64,000 nucleotides of DNA from Octopus sinensis (taxonomy: Eukaryota): the NCBI RefSeq assembly GCF_006345805.1, contig NC_042999.1, positions 115,134,001-115,198,000 of the forward strand, given 5' to 3'. Shown in pieces: positions 1-14,417 of the stretch. Both the position numbers and the translations under genes were made by a program. Under the pieces are notes generated by a model. It did not search any database and was not told the DNA's origin. It saw only the letters and a list, made by a program, of their open reading frames with translations. How positions within the stretch are numbered: the stretch's first letter is position 1; each line of letters opens with the position of its first letter.

Positions 1-659
1 ATGTTGCTATTCATCCTAATACATGTGAAAATTACATATATACATATACCTGTATACACGTGTGTGTGTTATTATGAGAGAATTCTGGAAGTTTTGATGA
101 TTTTTTGTCTGAGTCAGCAGGTATTACAGTATATTTATCAATATATCTATTTTACTATTTCCAAATTCTGCCAGCATTAACCTTACCTTACATCCATCTG
201 CGGTTGATAAAATAAGTACCAACCAGAAACTGAGGTTGGTTTTCATCAACTATACAATTCCCCAAACTTTGAAACCTTGCTTTCATGTTAGAAACCAATA
301 TCATTTTACTTACCATAGTGCAAGTAAAACGATAAACATAGAATGAAAATACAAAAACAAAATTTTAAACCAAAAAGTGAGTTTTCTTTCCTTCCTTTAC
401 AATCCTGCCCACCTTTCAAAGACCCGACAGAAGAAATCATTGACTCTGGAAATACTTTCTGAAATGTAATGATAAAGAATCTAAAACTCATTACAACCAT
501 CTTTCATAATGGAAGTTGGAAGGAAATCAATGCAAATTTTTGTAATTTAGTAAAAAAGATTTACTTCAAAAATTTAGAAAGAAAGCATATACTTGCTCTC
601 TTTAGAGATTAAAGCAAATTTAAAAAATGTCAAGTCAGTGATAATTTCAATTTAGTTAC

Positions 660-796
660 CCTTAACATAAGGCTCTAAAGCTTTTGGCACCATATTCACA
701 GCCTTTTCTAAATCTTCTGCCATACCCATGCGCTTGAGAACTTCAATATCATCATGGATCTCAAATGTGTTGTCGAAAGTAAAAAGGTATTCACAT
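660..796 (-). CDS. TFDP1: TFDP coding exon 10, C-terminal part of the DP domain
   Basis: [45 protein letters not shown]; ttttcatag acceptor, G|gtaact donor; no stop codon, so the gene continues beyond position 1. Confidence 0.95.
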
Positions 797-1643
797 CTAT
801 GAAAATTAGAAATAAAATCAGGACTTTTTTTTAGACATAATATTGAAGAGCAAATAATTAAATTACAAAACTATATCTTTTACATTCAAATCCATTGCTT
901 GCAAGCTGCAGAAAATTTGGTCCAATTGCTTTAATACATACATTCATTTTTGTTTCACAAAATAGACAGCAACATCCAATGCTATAAAGTTTGCCCCTAT
1001 GTTAGCCTTAACAGAGCAGACATCTAATCAAAGGTATTCAAGCTGTGATATTTTCTTTTTTCCATAGACTCAAAAAAAAAAAAAAATTCTGAGAGATAAG
1101 TTGAATGTTTTTTTTCTCTTTTTTTTTTTTATTATAGCACTATCAAAATCAAGGATTGTCCAAATCACTTTCGTAATAGAAAAATATATTCCTGAGTCCT
1201 ATGCAAACATTTATCCTTTGCAGTTTTCCCTTTTAATTAACCAACAATGGTGGTTTTTATGTCAAATGCACACTTGTGTATACACTGTATTTTTGTTGGG
1301 AATAAAAATCCAATATATGGTACAGGGCATCAGTTCTGGTAAAAATGTTTAGAGTTATTAAGTTTATGTTTAAGCAAAAACAATATAAAATTCCTAGACT
1401 AAAAAAAAATTACAAGGATGTATCCCATCTCCTGAAGCACAACCTAAATGACACTATCAGATTTTTACAATAATAGGAATTTACATAGTTGAAGCAATTC
1501 TGTTGCTTCATCACAACAATGATGTATGTAATGCTGAAAACACCTCTAAATCATTGTCACAGTGAGAAGCTGGAAAGGAGCAGTGAGAGCAAAGCAAGAG
1601 CATAGGACCTAACATGGAATAAAGTGAAGGCATTTTATATATA

Positions 1644-1705
<62 letters not shown>

Positions 1706-4700
1706 ACAGGATGCATAAGGTATTTGAGGACATACCTTTTTGGGGTCATTGCTGCATTTTTTGCTCTGTATAATCTTTCAGAAAATAATAACTAGACCCT
1801 CAGCTTACTTAAGAAATGAAGAGGCATGCTGTTATTGTGGTTGTAAAGGCTGAGCATAGAGACTTAGAAATATCTCAAGTTTTAAAAGTTGCCAGATCTT
1901 TCGTCAACAAAAGCAAGAGAATGAAGATGGAAACATGAAATCGGAACACCTGAATTTATCCAGTCCATTGATTACAATCCCAGAAAGTTCATGAGGTCAA
2001 TTGCATAACATCTCCAGAAGGAAGTCAGAAATGTTGTCCACAAAGACATCAAATATAAGTTTTATATGATGAAGAAAGGTCAACTTGTCAGAAAAAGCAG
2101 AAGAAAATCACTACATCAGATCTAAAAGGCTCTTAAACAAACTGAAAAATCCAGCAGAAGATATGATTTAGTTTTCCTCAAACAAGAAAAACTTCGACCA
2201 AGACCAAAAAATTAACAGAAGAAATGAGACGGTTATGTGCAGACAAAATTTCCTGCAACTGTCATGGTTTTAGGGGTTGTCAGCAATGAAGGACATGTCA
2301 TGCCTCCTTACTTCTTTCCACAAAGCCTTAGAGTTAACTCTGACGCCTACATTGAGGTCCTACATTAATCTCTGGATAGACAGTGTATACATTGAGGTTG
2401 AGGAAATAATTGTTAAGACTTGGATAGATATGCAATGGAAGGCCATGTGTTTCAGTAAGACACTGCACTATCACATAAGGCTCTAATAACAGAGGAATGG
2501 ATGGCTGAAATTTTATATGATCACATCACATAACTCCTAACATTTGGTCTCCTAATTCCCCAGATCTCCATCTATGTGGAACATTGTTGAGAAAGAGATC
2601 AATGAACATGCCCATAACACCAAAGATCCTTTGAAAGCTGCCATAGTCAGAGTAATGTCCAGAATGAACCAAAACCATTTAATTCAAGCATGTAGATGAT
2701 TTAGATCTCATATAGAAACAGTTGTTGAAACTGAAGGTGGCTTTATTGAACAACATTATAGAAAAGAAGGTTTATTTTTATCCTCGTATATATATACATG
2801 CACTAGCACTATGACCCGGCAACGACGGGTCTTTAATGCTAGTATATATACATATATACAGATACTGTATTAGCTCTCAGTTAAGTTCCAGTTAACGGCT
2901 AACCACAACAATCAGTATTTAGCATTTGTGATTATAATTAGTTGTTAATTGCTCTGTGAATTCTTCCAATGGGTAATTCCATGTACTCTTTGCTGCACGG
3001 TAAAAACTGTCTGGAGTATATATAATAATAAAGAGTATGGGGACTCATTCTTTCACAAAATTTATCTATACAGCTTATTATAATGACCTACACATGTTTC
3101 CACAGCAGCAACTACTCACTGTTGCAAATGCAACCTTGTAATATTGTTGGTGTAGCTTCAAGGATGACCAAATGGACAGATTCTGATGAAGCTGCACTGA
3201 TAATACTGCAAGGTTACATACATTTGCAACAGTGAATAGTTGCAGTGGAAATACATGTAGGTCATTATACTATGCTACATACAACTATAAAACAAATTTT
3301 GTGGATGTACAAGTTTCCATAATCTTTATTACTTTTATTATACATACATACATGTGCACACACATACACAATAAATTAGAAGCTTCTCAAATTGATGTTT
3401 ACAAAACTCACATAAACAACATGTGAAGGAGAAAACTATTTTGAAAGTATTTACAATAATGATAACATAGTGTGTAAATTTTTAGACCAAAGTTACAAAA
3501 ACTTCCTAGAGAGAAAAATCATACATAATGGTATTATCAATATTAAACCTTTTCATACCAACCCACTTGAGACTGCCCCCAATTCCATCATACAAACTTC
3601 CAGTTACAAAGTGACAAATTAAAACTTTCCATCAAGATTTCATTCCAAACATCAGTTAATGATGTTTGCAATGTAAATTATTTTAATCATTTTTACATTA
3701 TTTTCAAAATTAAACTAAATCAAAAGTAGTATATTTCAACAAACATATGGTAACAAAAGACAGAATATCAAATTTTTAGCCAAAGAAGAGACAGCTGACA
3801 ATGACTCAACATTGTTTTGCATCTGTAGCAGACAACTTTTAAGTTCACTTAAATATTTATCAGTATCTTGTGTAAGTAAAGCTTATTGCCATGGTGGGAG
3901 CACCATACAATTAATTAGTACTTCACGTGTTTGTAGTACTGATAAACATTTCTTCTACTAAACTGTTCAATGCAAGATACAGTACAACCCCTATTATGAC
4001 CAAGAGAATATTAATGGTTTCTAATAGAAATTCACATTTCGGAATGGTGTTTAGTGTATTAAATCAACTCCAATACTTGACATAGTAAACAATTTTATAA
4101 AAGTTTCAACAATTTAGGTGGGGAAAACAAAACTTTGCAAATAAATATAAGGAAAAAGAAATGATAAAATTGTTTAAAACGTACTTATCATTAGAAATGC
4201 TGCAATCAATCACAGTTTCCTTACTTGTATTTACAATAATAAATGGAAGATGAATGGAGGTGTGCTGCGGTGGTCGGCCCATTGTTTGTTCACAGTACCT
4301 ATTCCTTTCAACCAAATTTTTGAAAGCAATTTGCTGTAATTTTCAAAAAATACACAAGACTTGATTTTAAAATTCCTTTTCAGGCTCTACAAAGACTTTC
4401 ACAACTATGTTAAAAATTTTTAATGCAGTTGCCATTTTTCTGACACGGCGCCTTGTTTTGTAAGCATAAAAACGTAACCATCTGATCTGCTGGATATTAA
4501 AATATTTTTCTTGTTGCAAGACAAGGAGCCAGCATAGAAAAATTGAAACAGCATTAATCATTAGTCTTTGTAGAAGAACAAGTTTTCTTAAATACAAAGA
4601 GAAAATTTACACAAATTATATAAAACTCATATTAAAAGATAATTCTGAAACATTCCAAAGTATAGACAACAAGTGAAAAAAAAACATGATCATTTGCTAA

Positions 4701-7700
4701 AAATTTTGCCAATACATTTGAACAGATTTGATATTTCATTTCTTTGAAATTCAGTAACATATCATTAGTTTGACTACTAAGTGAAAGGAAAGGCAAAAGC
4801 AGAATACAGAAACAACATAAAGTCAATAACTATTGAAAGTCATAACTGTGTCAATATGTACTGCAAAACATTACAAAATTCCAAAGTATGTATCAATCAT
4901 AAAGCAGATTTTCTATTGGACTCTCCACAAATTATTGGCTTTTCAGATTTACTCTTTTTTAATCTACTCATACTTTTAGAATCAAATATCTAAATGCATA
5001 GGCCATAAAATATCTATTTGGATCATAAGTTGCATGTCACTTCATCATGTCTATTATCCATGCTGGCATGAGTTGGATGGTTTGGCACAATCCAAGCTAC
5101 AGGGTGCACTGGACTCCAATGTCCACTTTGGCACGGCATGGTTTCTACCACATTACACTGAGTACTGATTACTTTTTTGCTTTTGCAATACCAGCAATGT
5201 GGTTGCCAAGTAACTTGCAAGACAAAGAAAAGAAAATGAAAAAAACCCTCTTGACTGAGTGAGAGTGTGTTGAAGAAAGAGAAGTGGCTTTATGCCAAGC
5301 GTTGAAGGCTAACAGAGGGACAAGCAGAGGTGTCTTGCTACAGAATAAATACATGGCTACCTGTATATGAGGGCAGGTGAAAATAGCTGATAGTGATATT
5401 ATGTTCCCAAAAAAAATATAGTGAAAAATAGTAGTAAAATCTAAATTATGTCATCCAGAATACACTTTAAATGACAGCTAATTCTCAAAAAACTTAACTA
5501 GAATTTACTAACAAGGTTCCAGGTTGTTTTAAACAGGTATTCAAATTCAATCTTTCAAATCCATAAAAGTCTGTCCAGAATAACTCAAATTTCAGGAAGA
5601 CTAAAAAGTAACTTACTTGCAAAATTAATTCTTGTAATTGTTGTGTTTTGTGTTTGATACGTTCTATCTTTCTTCGATTTTCTGCCTAAGAATTCAGATG
5701 TTTTATAAAAAGAAAATTATTTCATTCAGACTGTACAGAAAAAAAATTACAATGAAAGTGAACAAAATTATTTTCAGAGCATTTATTCTGTATCTATTGC
5801 TGAAAATGTTATCTTCTTGGAGCTTAGAAATTTGAATCACAAAACAAGACAACTACAGAAACGTTAGCACGCCGGGCGAAATGCTTAGTGGTATTTCGTC
5901 TGTCTTTATGTTCTAAGTTCAAATTCCACCGCGGTCGACCTTGCCTTTTAGTTGCATACTGGAGTCAATCTAATCGACTGGCCCCCTCGCTAAAAATTTC
6001 AGGCCTTGTGCCTAGAGTAGGAAAGAATATCTATCAAATCAATATTGCTCAACAACTATATCTAAATAGTTTTATCATTGATGTTATAACTCTTATAAGA
6101 GCATTTAGAAATAAAAACCCAACAGGGTTTTAACCAGAGTTATGCTAATGAGTATTTTTGGAAGATGTTAATTTGTTTTTAAACTTAAGAACTATAAAAT
6201 AAGTATGATCCCAGAAATGACGTACTTCAATATTTTGGCATTCTTGAGCTGAATTTGTAGGTAATCCAATCCAACGAATTTCTTTTTTTTCTTTTGAAAT
6301 AATATTCATAGCCATAAGGACATTCAAAGCATCGTAGACACGCCGCCTGATATTCTTTTGGTCATATGCCTAAATAATAAAAAAAAGTATTCACAAAAAT
6401 ATAATTGGTTCAGTTTCCAGGTTGTTTATGAAATAATATTAATAGCTACTGAAAATTAGATAATATCTGGTGTCGTGAAGCAGTAGTAAAGTTAGAAACC
6501 TTAAGTGTCTAAACAGGTTTCAATCACTTCTTGAAATCACAATTGTTTGTTATGGGAATCACACAAAAGACAGAAAACTAAATGCAATAATTTACAAATT
6601 AAGTTAAGTGAATATTAATGGGCATTAGCTTTCAATATTAAAAATATCTAAATATCAAAAATGCTTAGCAGCATTTCATCCTTATATTTTGAGTTCAAAT
6701 TCCACCAAGATCGACTTTGCTTTCCATTCTTTTGGGGTCGATAAAATAAGTACCAGCCAAGCATTAGAGTCAATGTAATCAACTTACCCCATCCCCTGAA
6801 CTTGCTGGTCTTGTGCCAAAAATTTGAAACCAATATTAAAAATAGCTGGCAAGTACCACAGAATAAGAAAGTTTCTAGTTAACAAAAATTCCTAAAACTT
6901 GTACTGTCTTTAAGTAAAGTATGAATATCACATTCATCCCAGCATGTTCAAATCATTTTGCATTATAATTCATTTAGCTTACATCATTAGTATAAAATCA
7001 AAGTAATAAATGCTTAGTACTGATAATAATTGCTATTTGCAAAAATATATTTTTTTATTAACCACTAAATTGTAGAGTTTAGTCAAGAAACTATAATAAA
7101 TCTGCAACAACACAAATATTAAAAATTCAATGGATCTTTTTTTTTTAATCAATAATTGTTCAGTGGCAAAAAATATATATACTTGCTTACTAATAACTTT
7201 AAAATGGAAAGGCATAAAATTAATAAAATATACAATATCTGAAACTGCAAATGATATTTGATATAAAATTAACATTTAATATCACAGAATTGAGGAATAA
7301 TATCAACTACCTGCTCTGAGGGTGACAAGTTTCTAGGATCACTAAATTCTGCAACTAATTCATCAGCAACTTCATTATAAGACGTAATTCCTTTTTTCTG
7401 AACCTTTTCACACACTTTCATAGAAAAATGCCGCAAACCTTTACCACCTTTCTCTCCTTTTTTATTCCTCTTACTATGAAAGGAAAAACAAAGAATATCA
7501 TAAGTATCACTTTACAAACTGACACGTTAATCAGAGGATGAATGAAAAGACCAATACAATGAAAACTAAATTACCTATCAGTAAAATCTGGTTCAATAGA
7601 AATCTCTGACCCTCTTTTCCTATTTCGCCACTGTGAATCTACATTCGTCGTATTTCTCTGAGTTGGCAACGTTACTACCTATGAATGACATTAACAAACT

Positions 7701-10700
7701 TAAATAGACATTGGAAAGTAGCATTTAAAAGGCTCCATTTTTTTTTTTATGAGTAAATATTTCAGAAATTCACACACATATGCACAAAATAAAATTAGTT
7801 TTTTCTAAATTTGTTTAAAACTGAATGTTTCAAAAATATATTTCTTAGTCTATGCAAATTTTAATAATATATACTCTTCATTCTTTGTATGTCACAAGGC
7901 CATTATACCAGACAAATGCATGATTGCTCCCATATTCTAGCAAACTGTAAAACAACTAACACCATGCTCTTTGTTTATAAACCGCTAAGGGATCATATTT
8001 CTTGTCATATTGCAATGCATGGATAACAAATTTTCTGCAACCTTGGGAAGAATAATATCTGGATATTTTTAGACGGACATCCTCACACCATGTTAATGAA
8101 AAAGATATATGAATTGACAATGTGTGGGCTATGTTGATATAACTGGAAAAGAAGGTACAGATGACCTACAGAAGTGAAATGACATCAATCCAAGCATTAA
8201 TTATACTACATCAGAACGAGAATGTCAGAATATGCCAACTATGCAAGTAAAGATGGCATTTAAAAGATTACAAAACGTTCTTTTGAATACAATGTCACTT
8301 ACTGAGTGTAGATAAGATGGCTGAATGTTTATTAATTCAAATACAATGCTTGTGTTTTGCTGTTTCTGTGCAGAACACCATTCTACATTGCCACAAGTCA
8401 CCTAGTAACCAAAAATAGGAAGTAGCTTATCTGGGAATATTACTATCATGGATAGATATCTTGAAGACATTTCATTCATCTACTTGACACTACTAAACTA
8501 GAGCTAATTACTAACTCTTGAAGTTAAGATGGTATTGTTTGCATAAAACTGTGCAAGCATATTGTTATGGAATATATTGGTATATATTATTTCACACAAT
8601 AGTCATCTCAATTTATGTTAGCTTGCCAAGACCCAAGAATATATAACTCAATAAGAAATGATAGAATCTTATTAAATCTGACTGAAAGAAAAGGACAATA
8701 GACAAAATATTTGTTTTAATATTTGTGGAAAACAAACACCTCATCCACCTAAAAAACTTTTATTTCTTTTTGTAAATAAAATTTTCATTATTTAACTGTT
8801 ACTCTGGCCGTGACTTTCGTGCTTTCTTTCCTGTATGTTATATTCAAGACTACTTTCTGTAATATAAGCACCAATTAAAAAACTTTTAGAAAAGTAACAT
8901 TTGAAAGAGATTTAGTAACTACTTCAAGCAGGTTAAGAGATCTTGTAGAGACCACCATGTTTTACTTGGTGGCTCACTCAACTGGTTGCATTTTTGACAA
9001 GGGCTGACCCAGAGCTACATAACTTTACCTCTTTCTCAACAATTGTAAGTAACTGAATTTAAATATCGAAGTTAATGTTTAGTCCAAGATACTACTGGCC
9101 AATATTTAACTGAGACTACAAAACCATGTTCATTATTAATTTTCTTTCCATTTCATTTTAGAAATAACTAAATGTTTGAGAGTTGCAATAAATCTTTCAC
9201 CCAGTTTAACAAAAACACCTACAGATGAGTGTCTTTAGCAAAGCCACTTTGTTCTCAGCATTCAGGCTAGGCCTTTAGTCTGAGAAAAACATCCTTGAAC
9301 TAGTCTTGGAGAACCTGAAAAACCATGAGGCTGCCCTTCTCTAATATACTTCCCAGTCTTCAATTATTACCATATAACTATTCAAAGTTATAAAGCAAAA
9401 AGTGCCAATGGGTGCACAAATACCAGCTTAAAATGAGAAAAAAATGGCAAAACTGGAAGCAAACTGATACAAAAATATTAGATCATTTGATGAAATGTTT
9501 TGATTTGACATATAAACATACCAAAATTAAATGTTATAAATGATTCAATAATTTACTTACCCCTGAGGGCATGGATCCTGTACTGGGCAAAAATATTTTA
9601 GGTTCTGTTTTTGGTGGAGAGGCAGGAATTGGAAATGTTACAAACTGGAAGGCTGTAACAAAATACAATGAAATTCTTACCAAATAACATAAGAAGCAAA
9701 GTAACTTTCTTGCTAATTAGCAAAAGTTCAAATAGATTCAGATACATTATTCTTATATTACATATAAAAAAATTCTATAAAGAAATTTTCCATTTCCAAT
9801 AATTACTCTTATTTAAGTACCTAAGGAACCCAAAGTTTTTACACTCTTCTTTTTTCTATTTTACATTTTAACATATGTAACAAGAGTTAATCTTATATAC
9901 TAGGATTATATGAACAGTAGCCAGCCTTACTTTCATAATGAATCAGCAAAACAACCTGCTCCTTTCCCTAAATCTGAAGTTTCAAATTAACTGATAGCCA
10001 TTCCACCTAATTGCTATTTCCAAAAGATTGAGTGACATTAGCTCATCCACACAAAATCTTTGAAAGAGTTATTACTACAATACCCAGTCATGGTTTATGC
10101 CACAGAAGTGCCAAGCTTTATCTAAAGAATATGATTACAGAAACATACAAAAAGGATGAAGACCTTTTCCATGACACAATTTTAAATTTGTGTAGAAGGA
10201 CAAGAAATATTTCTAAATTTTATCCATTTTGAAAACCATGGAACTTACTTCCAACAGACTAATTTACCAAGATAGCTGAAAATTAGCACATTTTAGTTAG
10301 CTACTAATCTCAAGTGTAAGGATTGGAATATTGAAATAGCATTCTTATAATTACCAATCAAAGACTAATCATGAGAACATAGGTTACCATGCCAGATTAG
10401 ATTTGATTGGCAGTTTCTTTGATGCCCAATATATTCAAATTTGTTTTGACTGTTTCTTTCAGGTTTTTAGCCCAACTCTATGAGTATATTCCACTACCAT
10501 TATACAACAGGTATATTGCATCATTTATTGACTAAAATCCCCACCACCCCTCCTAAATTAGGTTTTTCTTGTGATGCACAGTAGTTTTTGAAAGAAGCTG
10601 TACTTCTGAAATTTTATTTCATTTCCATTCATTACAATCACAAGCTAAAAGTTAGTGCAACAAGCATTTTGCATTCAATATAAAAATTGACAAAATGTTT

Positions 10701-13700
10701 TTCATCCTCCCTAATTTTATTTACAATACTATCTCTTGTCCCATCCCCAATACTAATTACATCGCCTAGATACCTGTCTACCACCAGCAATTCATCTACA
10801 AAAGCTATGCTTTCAGTTCACAGCTCCTATTAGAAAGCACTTTAAGTAACAGTTCCCTTAGTCCAGAGGGGAAGCATTATTTCATCCTTTGTGCATCAAT
10901 TAATTACTTCTTTATTGACTGATTTCTTCACTACATTACTGCATGCAACCATTTTCCTGAGTGGTGCCATGAGTATGTGAAAGTAGCATCCTCCTCCAAT
11001 GTCAACAAGTACTCCAGCCTCCCTAGAAGTGCTCTATCTAGAGGATGCCATCAGTTTCATTTGATTGAAATGGGTAGATTTTTGTTAATGTTTTCAAAGG
11101 AACTAATGGTTTTATGCAGCAGGGCTACAAATCATATATCCAGCTTCCAACCTGGAAGATCATTAATTTTACATCTAGATATTTTACATCTAGGTTTGCT
11201 TCAAGCCTTACTCACAAAAAAGGGAAAAGCTGCTAAAAACGATTAGTTGTAGAAGATTAAAAAATATGTTTAACCCTTTAGTGTTCAGATTACTCTGTTA
11301 AATGTAATACTTTTTCACTCAAATTGTTTTGAATTAATCATGCATTATGTTATATCTTTGAGGTTTTCAAAGATGTGATTGTCTATATTTAGAATGTCAA
11401 TGTAGGTTAGGTGTAAGAGGCTGGATATGGCCAGTTTGAATATAAAACATGCAGAATATCTGGGCCAGATATGGCCGGTTTAAACACTAAAGGGTTAAAA
11501 CCTCAAAATGTAGATAAAATAACTTTAGCCGATATGCTAAAGACTAAATTATTAGAAATATCACAAAAATCATTTTGACCCCCATTTCCTTTCACATCCC
11601 AGTGAAATTATAAAATAAAATCAATTACCAAATTATGAAATTGAAGAAAAATCATCAATACATTTACCACTGGTGAATCAGTTTTTCTCATTGTTTCTAG
11701 TATTTCTAGAATTTTTTAACAGTTTGTATGTGTTAGTACACGGTCTGATACTGAACATAGCAAATTATACTTGCTGACATGGGCTGAACACATCTCAAAG
11801 CATCCTGCCATTAGTAAACAATCCAATGCCTGGCATACTTAGCAACAGAAAACTGTTATAGTATGTCTTTTTTTTTGCATGATTTTTATGCCTGGATGAC
11901 CGTATTATTGAAAACCACTTTACAACAAAGACTGGATGTACTTTATGTCATCACCACAAGACAGGCTCTCTGCAGCAACACTAGTCCCCTCCAACTTGTA
12001 TTGGCTATCATTCAGGGTAAAAAGCTCTGATAGCTGAGCTGTGGCTCACAGAGGTCACATAATCATTTATTTACACCCAGATGCCCAAAACATGAAGGAA
12101 TAACCAAGAAATTGAATTGATGACAGTAATATTTTCATCTTTTACATTTTCTAATGAAAAAATAAAAATCAGATGCACCCAAAACTATGTGAAAACCATT
12201 AGAGTGCAAGCATAATTGACATTAATAGCTAATGGAATGGTGATAAAGCTTTTAACTGGATTCCTCTTACTTTGAAGAAATTATGATGGTAGTTAAGAAT
12301 GAAGTATATAATATATAGAACGAATGAATGTGATTAGTCATGTTTCAAACACTAAACAGAAATATTCTTTTACAGCAAGAAATAACTGGAATGATTTAAA
12401 ACTAGATAACTTGGACAGCTGAGGAATAAGATGAAATCTTCAATATTTTTCTGTAAGTGATTGGAAAATCATGGGAAAGAAATAAGAGCAAGTCATTAGA
12501 ACTTGCTTTTATCTTCAAGTAACACCCACATGCTACCTACTTTGCTTAAGTTTAATGGTTATACCCAAAAATAGATTCAATATTTTATCACCCACATACT
12601 AAATGTTCCAAGACGCTTTTATAAATACTCTAAAAACAAAATAAGAATGTACAAGTGTAAAATTAGTAACAATATGGTTATAATTTTTATAACCCTAAAA
12701 AATATAAAATAACCTGAAACAAGTTCAATAAGTGATTACCAATACAAATGTAGTAAAATTAAAATTAATGCAATTACATAATAAATATTGGTTTCACAGT
12801 TTGGCACAAGACCAGCAATTTCAGGGGAGAGGGGTAAGTCATTTATGTCAACTGGTATTATTTTATCAACCCCAAAAGGATGAAAGGCAAAGTTGACCTT
12901 GGTGCAATTACATAAATATTGATACGAGTTGAACAGGACAAAAAAATATTGTCCATCCAGATTGTATAGAATAATGAGGTTACTGAAAAGATAACTTAAT
13001 AATCATTCACTGACAACTTGTTTTATCTATGTAAAGCAGATGATGGAAACAATAAGCTAAAACAACTTGATAAACTTTCTACTTTCAGTATACTGAAATG
13101 AATTGGTTTGATTTTTAACCTGTTATTGTCTAAGAGTTATGTTGTGATGGTAACTATTAACTGTAAAATCAATGGAAAAATCTTCAGTCAATTTTGTTTT
13201 TGAAAACCAACAGAAAGATATCCCTTGAGGTGAATTCATATGAAATGGTATATATAGGGCTCGAAGCTAGTCAGATATAAGCAGCTAATGATAATGTTAT
13301 GTTCATAAACAAATTCATCAATAAAGTTGATATATAATTTATTGTAGTGCTAGTCTTTGGTTATACCAGGTCTGTCATGGAGGTATACTGAGTAAAATGT
13401 GAAAGCAGTTTATTCAAGTACTTGATGGACAAAATCAAATATCAGTCCACAAATATGCATTAAAAAGCTTTCTGAATTTTATATTAAATAAATGATAATT
13501 ATCGTTTTTCAAAATATTCTTGTTGTTACCTGACAAGAACACTGGAAAGATCAGCTGAATTGTTGAAAGAATTGAACTAGATTCCACAAAACCAAAACAT
13601 CTGCAGCAAATTTTCTAAACATATCCCAGAAAAATGTGATATTTGACAAGATAAAAAAAAAATCAACACAGTAATCATTCCATATATCACCTTCAAAAAT

Positions 13701-14376
13701 TTCTTGTTCCAATTAATTTCTATAAGATATATCTTTCTTCAGATGAAGAAAAGATCAGAATAACACAAATGTACCAAAATGAAAGAAAAACATCACTATA
13801 TTATGACTTGAACCAGCAATGGATTTCTTTCCAATGAAGGTTAAAAAGGTACAGGTTCTATTTATACAATACGTTAACACCAGGCTTAGAATACTTTTGC
13901 AATGTGCAATCTGATGATAGGGAGATCATTTATAACTCAATAGTTTGAGAAAGTAACAAATGGTATAAAAGAAACAAACTTACGAGCTTTAGGAACATTT
14001 CCATCTTTATAATTAGCCAAGTCACCCTGAGCATCAAGTACTCCGACCTACAGATAATGAAAAAAAGAAATATGAAATTCTGTTTCTAGATATTAAATCA
14101 ACGAAAAATACATGATATATACTACTGATCTTAAATGAATCTTTTGCAAAGATATAGATTAATGTGTTAGCCATAAAACCTAAAGAACTAGATAGATGAG
14201 ATATAACTTCATCAGTAAAATATCTCAAAAGAATCTTCTGGAATTAAATTATAAAACATGCCCCTTATAAAACGAATCAAAGCAATAATAAATCAAAATA
14301 AATTGTTACGCTTTTCTTCATCACATGTTTAACTCCTGTATTTTTGAGATTTGATCTAGTGATATTCATACATCCC

Positions 14377-14417
<41 letters not shown>

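Noticed and set aside
1-659. Searched for the terminal TFDP exon, including ORF 306-500
   Set aside because: No phase-1 exon with DP-like C-terminal sequence; the region has a decayed SINE and AT-rich intron.
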